Source of the DNA: an uncultured Armatimonadia bacterium
Lineage (GTDB): Bacteria; Armatimonadota; Zipacnadia; CAVVLO01
Assembly (NCBI GenBank): GCA_963749155.1
Contig: CAVVLO010000003.1
Location: forward strand, 544,001-608,000
Direction: 5' to 3'
DNA length: 64,000 nucleotides
The translations under genes and the position numbers were made by a program. A model generated the notes under the pieces. The model had not been told where the DNA came from, did not search any database, and was given only the letters and a program-made list of their open reading frames with translations. Shown one piece after another: positions 62,764 to 64,000 of the stretch. How positions within the stretch are numbered: position 1 is the first letter of the stretch; each line of letters begins with the position of its first letter.

Positions 62764-64000
62764 ATGCGCGTTTACCTTTTCGTCTATCTGGCGCTACTTG
62801 GAGGGCTTGGTATGGGAAGCGCCTTCCCCGCCTCACCAGTGTGGGTGGTGGGTAGCAGCCTGGGTGACCTGAGGCCGACCTTCGAGCAGCTTGGCCTCGA
62901 GGCGAGGCTTGCGGTGAGCCTCGAAGACGTACCTGAAGACGCAGCATCGGTGCTGGTACTGGCCGAAGACTATCCTGAGCCGACCCGGCTTGTCCTGGCA
63001 GATATCGACCGGCTGCGCGCCATCGCAGAGCAGGGCGGGAGGGTGCTGGTCGAGTTCGCATTACCGGCGGAGGGAACGAGTCTCTTCGGGGTCGAGACCG
63101 AACCTGCACCTCGGCGCGCCCTCTCGGAGCGGTTGGTAGTGCTGCAACCACTGGGAGGACTTGCTCCCGAAGCACTACTCGACGACCACGACAACGCGTA
63201 TGTGGCTTTTTCGTCTCTGCCTGCGGACGCAGAGAGGCTGCTGGAATATGACCTGTGCCTGGGCACCTACGACCGCCGGCCGCTGCCTGAGCAGGGGCGG
63301 TATATCCTGACAGTCGACCTGGGCGAATTGAAGCCTCTTTCGAACGTCGCCCAGCGCTTTGGCGCAGGCAGGGAGAGCTATGCACCCGAGAGCGTCGAGC
63401 TTTGGCTGTCCACCGATGGGGTTAGCTATGAGCGAGTGGCGCGCCAGGAGGGGCCGGGCCTCTTCCCGGAGGCGCGCTTTGAACTGGAAGGACGCTCTGC
63501 CCGCTCTGTCAGACTGGTCGCGCGCAAGCTCAAGCGCGATGCGGTCAGTGACTTCTTCTTCGCGGGCGAGGTCAGCGCGCTGGACGTCACTGGGAAGAAC
63601 GTCGCCCTTGGTCGCCCCTACGCGCTTGAGCCGGCCGATACAGTCTCAGGGGCTCATCTCGATGACGGTGCGAAGCTTACCGATGGCGTTATGGATGGCC
63701 TGTACACTGACAAGCAGTCGGTCGGTTGGGGCACTCCCGAGCCGCCCAAGCCGACCAGCTTCCCCGCCGTGGTGCGAGTGCCGGTTGGGCTCGGCGAAGT
63801 GCTGCTGGTCGGGCCGAAGCTCTCCGACTGGAGGCAGCGCAACTTCCGCCTCAGCGAGCGCTTCGAGGCCCTCTGGCGCGGCCTGTTGCTGGAGCTGCTG
63901 CCCGAAGAGGAACGCCCACAGGCCCTGGCTTCCTATGTGCCTCTGAAAGCCTGGACCGAACCGCACCGCTGGGCAGTGCCTGGAACGCAGAGGTGAAGCT
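62764..64000 (+). CDS. Secreted protein with a discoidin/F5-8-like domain; probably continues beyond the window
   Basis: Signal peptide; LTVDLGE...STDGVSY...ARSVRL, then NVALGRPY...LTDG (order looks permuted); the stop at 63996 may be a frameshift. Confidence 0.6.

Overview
GC-rich bacterial DNA, probably from an anaerobic or facultative polysaccharide degrader. An Armatimonadota-like origin is my inference from gene content; no marker gene is present. The window is almost entirely carbohydrate catabolism: GH3 tail, GH38, two GH172/DUF2961, GH65-like, GH78, GH110-like, GH51, two GH106-like, GH42, GH30, beta-helix proteins, two amidohydrolases, four URO-D/MtaA-fold proteins and an ADP-ribosylglycohydrolase-fold protein. 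It also holds a P-type ATPase and a DUF4268-type nuclease-like gene. About 20 genes are split by single-base indels, most likely long-read errors, so many coordinates are reconstructed by eye. Main observations: (1) two different short glycyl radical enzymes in tandem behind one activase, inside sugar genes; (2) a bipartite motif (A/G)GG(A/G)-N16-CGAA resembling a sigma-H promoter, in 9 good copies, 8 of them 33-39 nt before a start codon; (3) a lower-GC cassette whose secreted CHAT/clan-CD-like protease gene is out of frame at a G17 tract in its signal peptide, coupled to a membrane-anchored PepSY-like partner; (4) three classes of covarying REP-like hairpins in the first 4.7 kb, abutting a 1481-bp tandem gene duplication; (5) two paralogues of an unannotated ~1000-aa secreted enzyme family. 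I recognised no rRNA, tRNA, CRISPR array, transposase or integrase. Family assignments come from motif recognition, not database searches.
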